A DNA stretch of 64,000 nucleotides, from positions 61,158,559 through 61,222,558 of the forward strand of contig NC_090376.1 of assembly GCF_036365525.1 (NCBI RefSeq), written 5' to 3'. Below the pieces are notes generated by a model. It made no database searches, was not told the DNA's origin, and saw nothing but the letters and a program-made list of their open reading frames with translations. Below are positions 25,403 to 39,042 of the stretch, one piece after another (position 1 is the first letter of the stretch; each line of letters starts with the position of its first letter). This DNA comes from Heterodontus francisci (taxonomy: Eukaryota). A program made the translations under genes and the position numbers.

Positions 25403-28400
25403 GGGCTGAATTTAGTGAGCCTATCATGGGTCCCGGCAACTAACCTGGAAGTGGATGCTGTCACCGCTCATCACGTGCGGCCAGCCAACCGTGATTACGC
25501 AGTGGGCAGCCACTTATCATAATAGAGGCACGGGGCCCGTTCAATTACACGACAGGGGTGGGCTCTTTGGCACTGATTGCGGCGTCAGATGACTCCGGAG
25601 CAGGTGCTGGCAACATATTTGAAGCCCTACCAGCCCAGCTTGCATTGCAGCCTTTGAGAGATTTATGGTTTGAAAATTACTGCTGGACCCAATAACTCCT
25701 GGATCATCACTCCAACCCCCCACCCAGAGAGAAGGACAGTGCACTATGGCAGTGGCAAGACACAGGGTGGTCCCACAATTTAACGATGCTACCCTGGAGA
25801 TTCTCCTCCAGGCTGCAAGGGAAAAGAGAGGTCCACTTCCCCAGGAATAGCAAGAAGAGCTCCTCCTGCCTGATCAAGCAAGCCTGGATGGAGATCGCAG
25901 AGGAGGCAAGCAGTCATGGGGTCTGCCAAGGTGAGTGCTCCATATCTCTCCCCTCTTTGGGGCTTGCATGTGGCTATACGGGAGGCAGCGCGACATGGGG
26001 AGAGTCACCACAAAGGCATCATCCTGCCAAATGCATGGCTGCATCTCAGCCACAGGCGACCTTCTTTCATTGAGCACCCCAATTACGCCCCCTGACAGCA
26101 GCCATGGGGAAAAAGCCCTGTAGAAAGCTCCTGCAGGGAACAAGGGGCTGCCACCAGCAAGACTCTTGCCCTTCTTGCGAGCTCTAGCTCCCAATTTCCA
26201 CCCGCAAGACAAGCTGGCCCATATCAAGAGGGATATCTCAAGGACTGGCGGATGAATTCCAGATACATGGCCTCTGTCGGTGGCTGAGGAGGCAGCACTG
26301 CAGTGAGCAGGGAGCCAGGGTGGCTGCTCAATAGTGAATGGTGAGACTGGAGTATCTGTGCAAGAGAATGAGGATTGTCTTCATTCGACATCCAACACAC
26401 TTCTGGAGATCCGCATCATGCATGGTTCGCATGACACGGTCTGCACTCCCTAACCCACACATATTTGTGTTCTCTCATGCAGGTCAGCGTCCACAGGAGG
26501 CTCAAACTGAAGGGGGAAAGCTGTCAACCTCTGAGGAGGAGCAGTCAAGAGGATGCACCATCACATGACTCTCCTGCACCTTCCACCATCGCAGATACAT
26601 TTACCTCAGTGGGTTTCCACTCGGCTTTAGAATCAGGGTCACAAGCTGGTGCAAGCACTGCACCCACACCTGGCTGAAGTTGAGACAGCGGAGGCCTCTG
26701 ACAGTCGGAGGACTGTGGGAGGCCAGGACCATGTTGAGCCCCAGGCTGATGACAAACCTCTGGTGTTGGCAGCACAGGGCATGCTGGAGTTGCAGAGGGA
26801 GGTAAGGCAACATCTGGCAGAGATGTCAGAGGCCATACACAGCCATGAGCAGATGATGGAGGAGTCCATCCATGCCATGAGTGCTGCCATGTCTCAGGCA
26901 TGTGAATGCATGGCTTCCTCCATCGAAAGGTTGGCGACCTTCATGGAGAGCCCGCAAATGCATGCAGACCTGCATACCATCCTCTTGGCCATGAGTTCAA
27001 CACAGCATTGGCAAGGCAAGAGGGACTTCGCCAAATCCTCATCCTTCTTTAGTCAGCAGGGTGGCTCAAGTGAGCCTTGAAAGGAAGGCAAGGCTGGCCT
27101 CTGCTGGGGGCTCCCCTCAGGGAGCTGAGTGTGAACATCGGCTCTTCAGCCCCTCCACCAATGACCCCAGCTCAAGTAGCCATGACAACTGAGGAGGAAA
27201 CACTCAGGCAGCCTGGGACCTCCAGGCCTCAGGCAGCCAGAGGACAGCCATCAAAGTCATCATGCCCAAGCGACAGCCCGATCAGCAGCCTGCCTCCAGC
27301 CCAGCTGCTTTCACAGGAGTCACACCTCGTAGAAGCACTCAAACATATTCAGAAAACTACTTAGGTTTCACGGATGTTTGGCATTCGCCATTTGTTTTGT
27401 GTTACTAAGTTCTATCGTTAATACAGTTCACATTCATTGTTGAAAAATGCTTATTCTTTCATGCCTTAACTGTGAGATGCTGTGTTCACCTTTCCTCCCT
27501 CATTAGGCTGCCAGTGCAGCCACAGCCTTCCTTTGGAAAATGTCTCAGATGTGCCAGAGCACGTGGTTAACTTGAGCGCTAGGCATGGAATCTAGATAAA
27601 AAGGCAACACACTGAATCCACTGAGGTGAACCTTAACTAAGTTTACTCTGAGAGGGATCATGGTGTCTGGAAGCAGGCAAGTATGAGAATGTCTCTTGCC
27701 TCCTTGGCCCATTGCTCAATGTGCCTGGCCTCCGGTGCAACGAGTTCAAGATCCAGCACTGCCTGCTCATTAGCCTCCTCAATATCCTCCTCATCGGTTG
27801 AGGACTAGCGATCAATCATGCCCTCGTCATGCAAGGCCTCCCCCCTCTGTAGTGCTACATTGTGCAGAGCACAGCTGACCACCAGGATACAAGAGACCCT
27901 CGCTGGGGCATACTGCAGGGCTTCACCGCATCGATTGAGGCACAGAAATCTCATCTTCAGCAGCGCAATAGCCTGCTCGGTGGTTGTTCAGGTGGAGCCG
28001 TAGCAAGTGTTGTACCTCTCCTCTGTTGCAGTGTGAGGGTTCCTCAAAGGCGTCAGTAGCCATGTCTTGAATGGATAGCCCTCGTCCCCAAGAATCTATC
28101 CCTGAAGGCAAGCAGGCCTGAAAAGCTGTGGCACCTGGAACTGTCGAATATGTAGGAGTCATGGCAGCTTCCCTGGAAACGGGCACACACCTGCAGGAAA
28201 TACTTTCAGTGGTCGCAGACCAATTGAACATTGATGGAATGGAAGCCCTTCCTGTTGAAGTGGCTGGCTGGTCCGTTGGTGTCTTGATGGCCACATGCAA
28301 GCAACCTATCACACTTTGCTCCTGGGGGAAATCCAGCGATGACCCCAAAGCCAATGACCCTCTCTGCCTGACTGTCAGGGTCTGTCCGGTAGTGTACATT

Positions 28401-29389
28401 GTCGCCAGCCCTCTTGGACAGGGCTTGGTCACCTCCTTGATGCAATGGTGGACTGCTGCCTGGAAGATCCCACAAAGGTCCCCAGTGGATCTCTGGAAAG
28501 ATCCAGATGCGTAAAAGTGGAGCATCACTGGCATCTGATGGCCACTGAATTACATAGGTCGCAACTAGTCAGCGACGGGCTTCCTGGAGAGCAGCAGTCT
28601 TCAATGACAATGCCGTTCGGGCATTTGAAGGTAGCTGAATCGAGTCCGAGTCACACTCTGGCACAGGTGGGTCCTTGTTGGTATGGCCAGCTGCTTTCGT
28701 TCTCGTCGTGGAGCTTCGTGGGCAGGCGCTGCAGCCGCTTGGCCCTTCCTCCGTCAGAAGCCTGCATCACATCACGGGGTCCACAAAGACAGGGTGTATG
28801 AGATCCATGCCAGCTGATCAGTAGACCTCCAGAGCACTGTCCTTGCAGAGACGAAGTTGCCTTTGCATCTTTGCGTTTGATACCCCCCCTAGGCTTACGC
28901 GCTAATGGCCCTCAGTGCCCACTCTTGCTGACAGCCAGCCCAACACACAGTAGTATGGCTCACCTGGTACTGCCACAAGAGACCAAGTCCACTTGTGCAG
29001 AGCGCACACCACTGCAGGCAGACAATGGCCTCTGCTTCTCCCCTCTTCTCTTATCCAGTGCTCGTCATGGCTGCCTTTCCATCACAGCACTGAGGCCTCA
29101 CCTTTCAAAGTCCAGGGATCTGAAGGCACATGAGATCCGCCCACCTTTCACTTAATTCCAACCCCCCCCGCCCCAATTGAATCGATCAATTGCAAGCTAA
29201 TTTATTATAACTATATGTTCACCAATTTAAATTGCGGTCCCATCACGACAGGGTGGCAACGCCACCTTGGAACTTTCCCGTCACTAACAGACGTCACAAT
29301 GTTGGATTTCCGGGCGGACGCATCCAAAGCTATTCGACAATCCTCCACGCCTCCATTCCCACTCCAAACAGCCTGACAAAATTCAGCCC
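25403..29389 (-). mobile_element. Harbinger/PIF DNA transposon (Myb-like gene on +, transposase on -), decayed
   Basis: TIR GGGCTGAATTT...AAATTCAGCCC; GCT TSD; FNRKGFHSINVQLVCD and LHFYASGSFQ motifs. Confidence 0.92.
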
Positions 29390-29527
29390 GCTGTGTGCAA
29401 ATTGGCTGCTGCATTTCCTACATTACAACAGTGAACACACCTCAAAAATACTTTATTGGCTGTAAAGCGCTTTGAGAAATCCGGTGGTCGTGAAAAGCGT
29501 TTTATAAATGCAAGTCTTTCTTTCTAG
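29390..29527 (+). mobile_element. Deu-domain SINE, 3' part
   Basis: Continues the SINE broken at 25402; ends in TAAATGCAAGTCTTTCTTTC. Confidence 0.85.
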
Positions 29528-29614
29528 CTCCCATACACTCATGGAATTTTTAAAAATCTCCCCAAAACAAAAAAGACTGACAGTCCAAACTTGGATCAGG
29601 TACATAAATTGTGT

Positions 29615-29691
29615 ACTAAAACAAAAAATGCTGGAAACACTCAGGTCAGGCAGCATCTGTAGAGGGAGAAACGTTTCAGGTTGTGACCTTT
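29615..29691 (-). mobile_element. Short Penelope-derived insert with a hammerhead remnant
   Basis: 12-bp direct repeats CATAAATTGTGT; similar to 48236-48401. Confidence 0.7.
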
Positions 29692-29742
29692 CATAAATTG
29701 TGTGCCTGCGCAAGCAGCTATTTATTCTTTCAAGGACAGTAC

Positions 29743-29887
29743 CTATTACATCCAACAGATGGCGCATCCGTGACTCTGGGTAAAAATCATGTTCAGTTTG
29801 TCTCCATACATCGTCCACAGTATCACGAGTAGTCTCAACCAAATCCACAACATCAGCCAAAGAAAGTGTGTCCAAATTGGTGTACTG
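29743..29887 (-). CDS. DYNC2H1: DYNC2H1 exon 5 (QYTNLDTLSLADVVDLVETT...RHLLDVI)
   Basis: Overlaps ORF 29453..29875; AG/GT borders; 145 bp. Confidence 0.95.
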
Positions 29888-30333
29888 CTAAAAAAAGAGA
29901 AATGTGGTTAAGGAAATTATTAATTCATGTTATGCTAAAGTGGCTTTAGATTTTAAGCATTGCCTCCATAGCGTAAACATAATTAAATCAGCCAAGTGAG
30001 CAACTTGAGAGAAGGAATGTTCATGTGAAGCCAGTGAAAACACCAAGCCAGATGCAAACTTTACATTTGAGAATTACAGAGCTATTTGTTTAGTCAGAAG
30101 AAAAGGAATTCCAACACATAAAACTTGTTCAGCACTTTGCCAAAGGCCATGCACTCAAAAAACAATGATCCTATATATTGCTATTAGCTCAGTTTGATGA
30201 ATAAACTTTTAATATGCAGTATTTCATTCTTTATTACACTATTAAATCTTACATCAAAAAAGATTTTTTTAAAAACAAGCAAAACATGTTAACTGACCAC
30301 ATAGCCTGCAAAGGTTTTTGGTAGAAAACAAAC

Positions 30334-30452
30334 CTGTGCAATTGTTTGAAATAGTTCTTCAAAATGCTGGGCTCTTTCTTTTCTGTCTGGTTTATCATCA
30401 GTTGCAGCAACTTCTGCCCAGAACTGAAACTCATCACTAGGTTCCAAAATTC
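30334..30452 (-). CDS. DYNC2H1: DYNC2H1 exon 4 (ILEPSDEFQFWAE...ELFQTIAQ)
   Basis: Manual translation; AG/GT borders; 119 bp. Confidence 0.93.
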
Positions 30453-31082
30453 CTTTCAAAAATAGAAATAAATTGCTTGGATAACATCAACACTGATCAG
30501 TGATAGGTGATTTTATGCTAGTTAACAATTTTCTGACATCAATGTGTTCAATGGTACAGAAATTGAGTAATGACAAGGCTGGAGACTTTCAACAATGTTT
30601 CAAAAAAGTTAAATTGCATTCCTTTGCTGAAATATTTCTGGTTCTCTGATTTAAGCTTGGACTCTATATACATCAAGATTGGTTCATCACCCAATAATAA
30701 GAGGAACGTAACTGACAGCAAGTGTCTTTGTACAAACTTTGCTCACTGTAGCCTCATGACAGAAAGCCCCATAATCTTCCCTCCCCACCAATCCTAAACT
30801 GTAAAAGAACCACAAACTCACACCAATGCTCAATTTCTGTCAACAGCAACAGGCCACACAATAAATAACCGAAGAAAACTAATAAAATCAAGCATTTGAA
30901 ATCAGGGAGGTCAGAAACTCTGATGTGAAAAACAAACTTCAACAACTTGGCTCACGTCACAGTTTCCAAAAGTAGTGCAAAACAATTATCGAGGTTTCAA
31001 ATATAACCTGTTGGCACATCACCTTTAAGGCTGAAGTAGTTTAACTTCATGATCCAGCAATACTGTGTTTATGTAGAAGATA

Positions 31083-31482
31083 AGATGGAGGTTGAGGGGG
31101 GACCTGATTGAGGTGTACAAAATCATGAGAGGTATAGACAGGGTGGATAGCAAGAAGCTTTTTCCCAGAGTGGGGGTTTCAATTACTAGAGGACACGAGT
31201 TCAAAGTGAAAGGGGAAAAGTTTAGGGGGGATATGCGTGGAAAGTTCTTTACGCAGAGGGTGGTGGGCACCTGGAACGCATTGCCAGCGGAGGTGGTAGA
31301 TGCGGGCACGATGGAGTCTTTTAAGATGTATCTAGACAGATACATGAATGGGCAGGAAGAAAAGAGATACAGAAGCTTAGAAAATAGGCGACATGTTTAG
31401 AGAGAGGATCTGGATCGGCGCAGGCTTGGAGGGCCGAAGGGCCTGTTCCTGTGCTGTAATTATCTTTGTTCTTTGTTTGTTC
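31083..31482 (+). mobile_element. Young CR1, short 3' copy
   Basis: Nearly identical to 33323-33719; TTCTTTG-type tail. Confidence 0.92.
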
Positions 31483-32227
31483 TATAATTGAATGATGGAC
31501 CTATTTTGGTGACTGCTTTCTTGTTTGATTGAAGTTTCTTTTCCACGCACAGAATTCTTGTGCTCCTTCTCCACAATCCCTTGGAGTCCTACAGACTAAA
31601 GCCTGCATCTTCAATTTGTACAATATTTGGGTTAGCATAACCCAGCTTTAAGAGTTGACTTGAATCACAGTAAATTGCTTCCTGGAGAATATGTAGAATG
31701 CTCATAAAGTAGCAGAAAACAGGTTGCTGTTCTAGACATAGGCAAAATACCAAGCAGTACCATATTCAAGACGAACTGGAATTGGGCAACAAGGGGTTAA
31801 TATACCCCTTTCAAAAACTGCCTCTTTCAGCCTCCTTGGGACAAAATGGGCAGATGTTTGTCTTCCTTATCTATAGTCTTTAGTAATGAGATACTACACA
31901 TGCCAATGGAGCCCTTTACAAGACCTAAAGGACACTGGAAAATCACATTTCTTATAGTTTAACGACTTTGAAGTCTGTGTTGTCAAACACTCAAAGGCAC
32001 AATACGTGAAAATTGCCCCATGGCATGCTAATGAGAATCTAAATACAACTGGCTGTGTTTATGGTCAATGTCATGTCCTCTAGTGTACAGACAAGGCATG
32101 AAGTGAGAGGTGTAATCTAACACCACACATCCAACATTCAGCCTGCAATATATAATTTGATCCCATCAATAGCAGTCAAACTGGGGGCAAACACTGCAGC
32201 CTTCAAGCTTTATGTAACACTCCCATG

Positions 32228-32432
32228 TACAGAGAGCACACAAAGCTAACATTCTCACCTTCAGACAACACATAGCGCTAACACACCCGAGTTCAGACAG
32301 TGCACATTAATAACACTCCCGAGTTCAGACAACATTCTCACCTTCAGGCAGTGACCAGTACTAACACTCATGTCTTCAGACAATGCACATTGATAACAGT
32401 CCTGAATTCAACACACAGTGCCAACAGCCCCA
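32228..32432. repeat. Degenerate ~31-bp minisatellite
   Basis: Recurrent AACAC(T/A)CCCGAGTTCAGACA / AACATTCTCACCTTCAG units. Confidence 0.6.
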
Positions 32433-32467
32433 AAGTGCTAATGTTCAAGGTGGCAATATGTCTCAGA

Positions 32468-35400
32468 ATCACAGAATTGTTACAGCGCAGAAGGAGGCCA
32501 TTCGGCCCATCATGACCGCACCGGCTCTCTGAAAGAGCAACTCCCTCAGTTTCATTTCCCTGCCTTCTCCCCATAACCCTGCACATTCTTCCTTTTCATA
32601 TAACTGCCTAGTTCCTGCTTCAATTGAACCTGCCTCCACCACGTTCTCAGGCAGTGCATTCCAGACCTTAACCATTCGCTGCATGAAAAAGTGTTTCCTC
32701 ATGTCACTGTTGCTTCTCTTACCAAATACTTTAAATCTGTGCCCCCTCATTCTCGATCCTTTCATGAGTGGGAACAGTTTCTCTCTATCTACTCTGTCTA
32801 GACCCTTCATGACTTTGAATATCTCGATCAAATCACCTCTCAGCCTTCTCTTCAAGGAAAACAGAATATAGATAGATTGGAGAGTTGGGCAGAGAAATGG
32901 CAGATGGAGTTCAATCAGGGCAAATCCGAGGTGATGCATTTTGGAAGATCCAATTCAAGAGTGAACTATACAGTAAATGGAAAAGTCCTGGGGAAAATTG
33001 ATGTACAGAGAGATTTGGGTGTTCAGGTCCACTGTTCCCTGAAGGTGGCAACGCAGGTAAATAGAGTGGTCAAGAAGGCATACGGCATGCTTTCCTTCAT
33101 CGGACGGGGTATTGAGTACAAGAGTTGGCAGGTCATGTTACAGTTGTATAGGACTTTGGTTCGGCCACATTTGGAATACTGCGTGCAGTTCTGGTCGCCA
33201 CATTACCAAAAGGATGTGGATGCTTTGGAGAGGGTGCAGAGGAGGTTCACCAGGATGTTGCCTGGTATGGAGGGCGCTAGCTATGAAGAGAGGTTGAGTA
33301 GATTAGGACTATTTTCATTAGAAAGACGGAGGTTGAGGGGGGACCTGATTGAGGTGTACAAAATCATGAGAGGTATAGACAGGGTGGATAGCAAGAGGCT
33401 TTTTCCCCCAGAGTGGGGGATTCAATTACTAGAGGACACGAGTTCAAAGTGAAAGGGGAAAAGTTTAGGGGGGATATGCGTGGAAAGTTCTTTACGCAGA
33501 GGGTGGTGGGTACCTGGAACGTGTTGCCAGCGGAGGTGGTAGATGCGGGCACGATGGCGTCTTTTAAGATGTATCTAGACAGATACATGAATGGGCAGGA
33601 AGAAAAGAGATACAGACCCTTAGAAAATAGGCGACATGTTTAGATAGAGGATCTGGATCGGCGCAGGCTTGGAGGGCCGAAGGGCCTGTTCCTGTGCTGT
33701 AATTTTCTTTGTTCTTTGTAAAACAGTCCTAACTTCTCCAATCTCTCTTCATAACTGAAATTCCTCATCCCTGGAACCATTCTCGTGAATCTTTTCTGTA
33801 CTCTCTCCAATGCCCTCACGTCCTTCCTCAAGTGCGGTGCCCAGAATTGGATGCAATACTCCAGCTGAGGCCAAACCAGTATCTTATACAAGTTCAACAT
33901 AATCTCCTTGCTCTTGTACTCTGTGCCACTATTAATAAAGCCCAGGATACTGTATGCTTTATTAACGGTTCTCTCAACCTGTCCTGCCAACTTCAATGAC
34001 TTATGCACATATACACCTTGGTCCCTCTGCTCATGCACCCCCTTTAGAATTGTACCTTTTATTCTACAATGACTCTCCATGTTCTTCCTACCAAAATGAA
34101 TCACTTCACATTTCTCTGCATTGATCTTCATCTGCCACCTGTCTGCCCATTCCACCAACTTGTCTATGTCCTTTTGAAGTTCTACACTATCCTCCTCACA
34201 GTTCACAATGCTTCCAAGTTTCGTATCATCTGCAAACTTTGAAATTGTGCTCTGTACGCCAAGGTCTAGGTCATTAATATATATCAGGAAAAACAAGGGT
34301 CCCAACACCGATCCCTAGGGAGCTCCAATACAAACCGTCCTCCAGCCCGAAAAACATTCATTAACCACTACTCTTTGTTTCCTGTCACTTAGCCAATTTC
34401 GTATCTATGTTGCTACCGTCCATTTTATTCCATGAGCTACAAGTTTGCTCACAAGTCTGTGGTGTGGCACTGTATCAAACACCTTTTAAAGTCCATGTAC
34501 ACTACATCAACAGTATTGCCCTCTCTGTTATCTCCTCAAAAATCTCCAGCAAGTTAGTTAAACATGATTTTCCCTTAAGAAATCCAGGCTGGCTTTCCTT
34601 AATTAACTTGCATTTGTCAACATGACTATTGATTTTGTCCCGAATTATTTTTTCTAGCAGTTTTCCCACCACCAAAGTTAAATGACTGGCCTGTAGTTGC
34701 TGGGCTTCTCTTTACGCCCTTTTATGAACAATTCTCCAGTCCTCTGGCACCAGCCCCAAAATTATGGCCAGTGGCTCTGTGATTTCCACCCTCACTTCCC
34801 TCAGTATCCTTGGATGCATCTCATCCGACCCTGGTGCTTGATCCACTTTAAGTACAGACAGCCTATCTAATACTTCCTCTTTATCAATGTTAAACCCTTC
34901 TAGTGTCCGACTTACTTCCTCTTTCATCATTGCCTGGGTTGCATCTTCTTCCTTGGTCATGACAGATGCAAAGTTTTCATTTAATACCTCAGCTATGCCA
35001 TCTCTTCCATGTGCAAATCCCCTTTCTAGTCTCTAATCGGCCCCACTTCTCCTTTTACCACCCTTGGACTATTTACATGCCTATAGAAAACTTTGGGATT
35101 TCCTTTAATACTAGCTGCCTCTACTGCTTTTCCACTCCTCTTCCTCCCCTCCTGTGCAGCTGAGCCATCTGTGGTGCCACAACTTGGCTCTGACTGCATT
35201 CCTCTGAGGAACCATCACCCTCACCAGTATCCAAAATGGAAAACCGATAAGCGAGTGAGATCACATCAGGGGACTCCTGCACTACCTTCATGGCAGTCAC
35301 CCATTCCCTATCTGCCTGCATGCTTCTAACCTGTGGTGTGACCACCTCCCTAAACGTGCTATCCACACAGTCTTCCACCTCGCAGATGCAGAACAGCAAC

Positions 35401-35540
35401 TCCAGCCACCCCTCAAGTTCCAAAGCCCAGAGCCCAAACTTCTGTAGCTGGTGACACTTCCTGCAGATGTGCTTGTCCATGACACATGGTGCGTCCACGA
35501 CTTCCCACATTCCACTCGGAAGAGCTGCCCTGCCATACCT
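32468..35540 (-). mobile_element. CR1 LINE with ORF1 remnant (35121-35510) and an internal deletion, interrupted by a younger CR1
   Basis: RT ORF 33640..34308; ORF1 zinc-finger-like HICRKC. Confidence 0.9.
32865..33719 (+). mobile_element. Young CR1 nested in an antisense CR1
   Basis: ORF 32877..33452; TSD AAAACAG at 32858-32864 and 33720-33726. Confidence 0.92.
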
Positions 35541-36839
35541 TAACTTTACAGACTATTATAATTAGAATAGCTTACCAGGTACTCACCAAACTGCAACGAA
35601 ACAGGAACCAATTACCCTGAAGTCTTGGTTCTGGACTCCTCACCTGTGGGCTGTAATTTACATAAGCCCTGGTGTGAGGCAGCTGTCATTCAAAGTTACC
35701 TCTCTGCTCCTCTTGTTCACAGCCATTCAGTAATATACACCTCCATGACTGGATGTATCTGGGCTGTTGCTTGAATAAACAAGATGCCATGGCAGAATGG
35801 ATGGATGAGATGTGGAAAGGGTCCTTCTGGAAGGACCAGGCTCCCCAGATGCTTCTTTACATAAACATTTAGCAACTTTGAGGAATGCAAATGACATGCT
35901 TCATGAGATGTGACCGAGCAATAGCAGCAGGCCTTTCTCAATCAAACTATCAGTGGATATCAAAAACTAAGAGCTCAGTAAATCTTCCACCAGATTGTCA
36001 GCTTGAACTTGGCAAATCTCCATCTTATCCAACCAACAGAGGCTTCCCAGTGTATCTGACTAGGGGTTGTAGGTCCTGTTTCCTTCCGCTGAGTGACCTA
36101 GTGCTGTCCATTGCTGCACTCTTGGTTGTCCTTTGCCTCTGATTCTGCATTTATTTCTCCAAGGTTTCATACATGATAACAGATTAATTTGCAATGAGTT
36201 TCCAACCAGATGTTTGAAGACATCCCCTTGTGAACATGCCAGTAAGACAGTGTGGAGATCAGTTATGCTTCCAGCAGTAGCTGCATGGGTGCTTGTACCC
36301 TCGCTCGCCTTAATCAGGCTATTTCTCTGTATCTACCCTATCAAATCTCATCATTTAAAACACCTTGATTAGATCACCCTTTATTAGTAGTGCCTGCCTT
36401 CTGTTAATTGTTTATGTGAGGTGGTTAAGGTTATTGATCAGGAAATTAGTTTAAGATGGACATCTGCCATTTGCATACAAATTGTATTGTATATGTTAAA
36501 GGGCTTCAGCAGTCACTTGAGATCCATTTGTGCAAGATTTCAACAGAAACATCATTTTGCCTGAAGCAGAAGGCAGCAAACCCTCATAGGAATTAGTCAC
36601 CACTGAGGAACATGAAATGGCCTTGAAGTTTTTGATGTTGCTTCATTAAAAAGCTTCAACATCTCCTCAGCCTAATGCACAATAAACAAAATTCTCTCAC
36701 GCAAGAGATCTGATAGCTTTGCCCAGTGGACTACTGGTAGACCTGAAATACGTAGCCAGGATTCTGAGCTGCAAATCCTTGTGTAATTTTGTATTACACC
36801 TAAATATTGCTCACCAGTGAAAGAAAAAGAGTAGCTAGA

Positions 36840-37570
36840 GTCACAGACTCATTTAAAGTATAGAAGGAGGTTATTCGGCTCATCGAGTCCATGCTCCATG
36901 GAGCAATCCAGTCAGTCACATGCCCCCACTCGATTCCCGTAGGCTTGGAGGTTTAATTCCTTCAAGTGCCCATCCAATTTCCTTTTGAAATAATTGATCG
37001 TCTCCATTTCCACCAACGTCGTTGGCAACAAGTTCCAGCCCATTGCCACTCACTGTGTAAAAAAGCACTTCCTCACATTTCCCCTGCATCTCTTTGCCAA
37101 ACCTTCAATTTGTGTCCCCTAGTCTTTGTCACATCAGCTAATGGGAACAGTTTTTACTTGTCTAACTTATACAAGCCTGTCATAATTGTGTACACCTTTA
37201 GCAAATCTCCCCTCAATCTCATTCACTCCAGGGGAAACAACCCCAGCTTTTCCAACCCAACCTTATCACTAAAATCCCCCATACCATTCTGGTAAATCTC
37301 TTCTGCACTCGCTCAACGACCCTCAGATCCTTCCTAAAATGTGGTGAACAGAACTGGACGCAATACTCTAGTTGGGGCCAAACCAGAGCTTTAAAAAGGC
37401 TCTGCAGAACTCCCTGCTTTTGTACTCTATGCCTCTATTTATGAAGCCCAAGATCCCATATGCTTTACTAACCACTCTCTCGATATGTCCTGCCACCTTC
37501 AAAGATCAATGCACATGCACCCCCACATCCCTCTGCTTCTGCACACTCTTTAGAACTGTGCCAATACTCT
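36840..37570 (-). mobile_element. CR1 3' fragment
   Basis: Reverse-complement CR1 RT C-terminus and tail. Confidence 0.8.
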
Positions 37571-38657
37571 GGCACTTCCCCCATATCCAGAGAAGATTGG
37601 GAGCGTTGATCCCTTAGAGGATGAGACTGGGAATTTAATCACGGGAAAGAAGGAAATGGCAAAGATTTTGAACATGTATTTTGTATCTGTCTTCACAGTA
37701 GAAGACACAAAAAGCATCCCAACAATAGTAGCAAAATCAACAGACAAAAGGGAGGGACGAACTTAAAACAAACACCATCACCAAAAAATATACTAAGAAA
37801 ACTAATGGGTCTAAAGGCAGACAAGTCCCCTGGACCTGGTGGCCTGCATCCTTGGTCTTAAAAGAAGTGGCTGCAGAGATAGTGGATGCAATGGGTGCAA
37901 TCTTCCAAAATTCCCTAGATTCCAGAAAGATCCCAGCAGATTGGAAAACCACAAATGTAACACCTCTATTCGACAAAGGGGGAGGGGGTGAAAGAAAGCA
38001 GGAAACTATAGGCCAGTTAGCCGAACATCTGTCATTGGGAAAATGCTGGAGTCTATTACTAAGGAAGTAGTATCAGGACATTTAATCATAATACAATCAG
38101 GCAGAGTCAACATGGTTTTATGAAAGGGAAATAGTGTTTGACAAATTTATTAGAGTTATTAGGATGTAACAAGCAGGATGGATAAATGGGAACCAGTAGA
38201 TGTAGTGTATCTGGATTACCAAAAGGCATTTAAAAAGGTGCCACATAAAAGGTTACTACACAGATAAGAGTTCATGGCTTTGGGGGTAATATATTAGCAT
38301 GGATCAAGGATTGCCTAACTAACAGGAAACAGAGTCGGGTTAAATGGGAAATTTTCAGGTTGGCAAACTGTAACTAGAGGATGCGACAGGGATCAGTGTT
38401 GGGGCCTCAACTATTTACCATCTATATTAATGACTTGGATGAAGGGACCGAGTGTACTGTAGCCAAATTTGCTGACGATACAAAGATAGGTAGGAAAACA
38501 AGTTGTGAGGAAGACACAGAGTCTGCAAAAGGATATAGATTGGTTAAATGAACGGGCAAAAATTTGACAGATGGAGTATAATGTGGGTGTCCCTGTACAT
38601 GAATCACAAAAAGCTAGCATGCAGGTACAGCAAGTAATTGAGAAGGCAAATGAAATG

Positions 38658-39032
38658 GTGGTACATTCCAAGGTCCAGGACTACGTGCTGAGGGACGCAT
38701 TAAAGCTTGGGGCAGCCGCAGCAAAGGCTCAATGGGGAAAGACCACAGTGTAAGGTTCCCCCACCAAGCTGGACTGAGGGGCTGGATCCATGGGAAACCC
38801 CTCGAACTGTATCGTTAATATTCTCAATTGCTGTAAATGTAAAACTGTAATTGACATGACAATTGTGAAAAGGAAGGATTGGGAAGGAACTCATGACAGT
38901 ATTGAAGGAAACTGATCTCCCTTGCAATGTTTGTATTTTTTGGTGCTGTTTGGAAACTGTTTGGCAATGTAATTTTTACAGATTTTTATGAATAAAGTAT
39001 ATTTTGGAAATAAAAAAATTTTAAAAAATAAA
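38658..39032 (+). mobile_element. Tx1/L1-clade LINE, short 3' copy with A-rich tail
   Basis: HSKVQDYVLRDALKLGAAAAKAQWGK* C-terminus, AATAAA and A-rich tail; related to 40237-40597. Confidence 0.85.
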
Positions 39033-39042
39033 AATTTATTGC

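Noticed and set aside
32228-32432. CRISPR-like array
   Set aside because: Eukaryotic intron; units are degenerate tandem repeats without unique spacers.
35600-36420. Possible DIRS/tyrosine-recombinase remnant
   Set aside because: No convincing catalytic motif in any frame I read; left unassigned.
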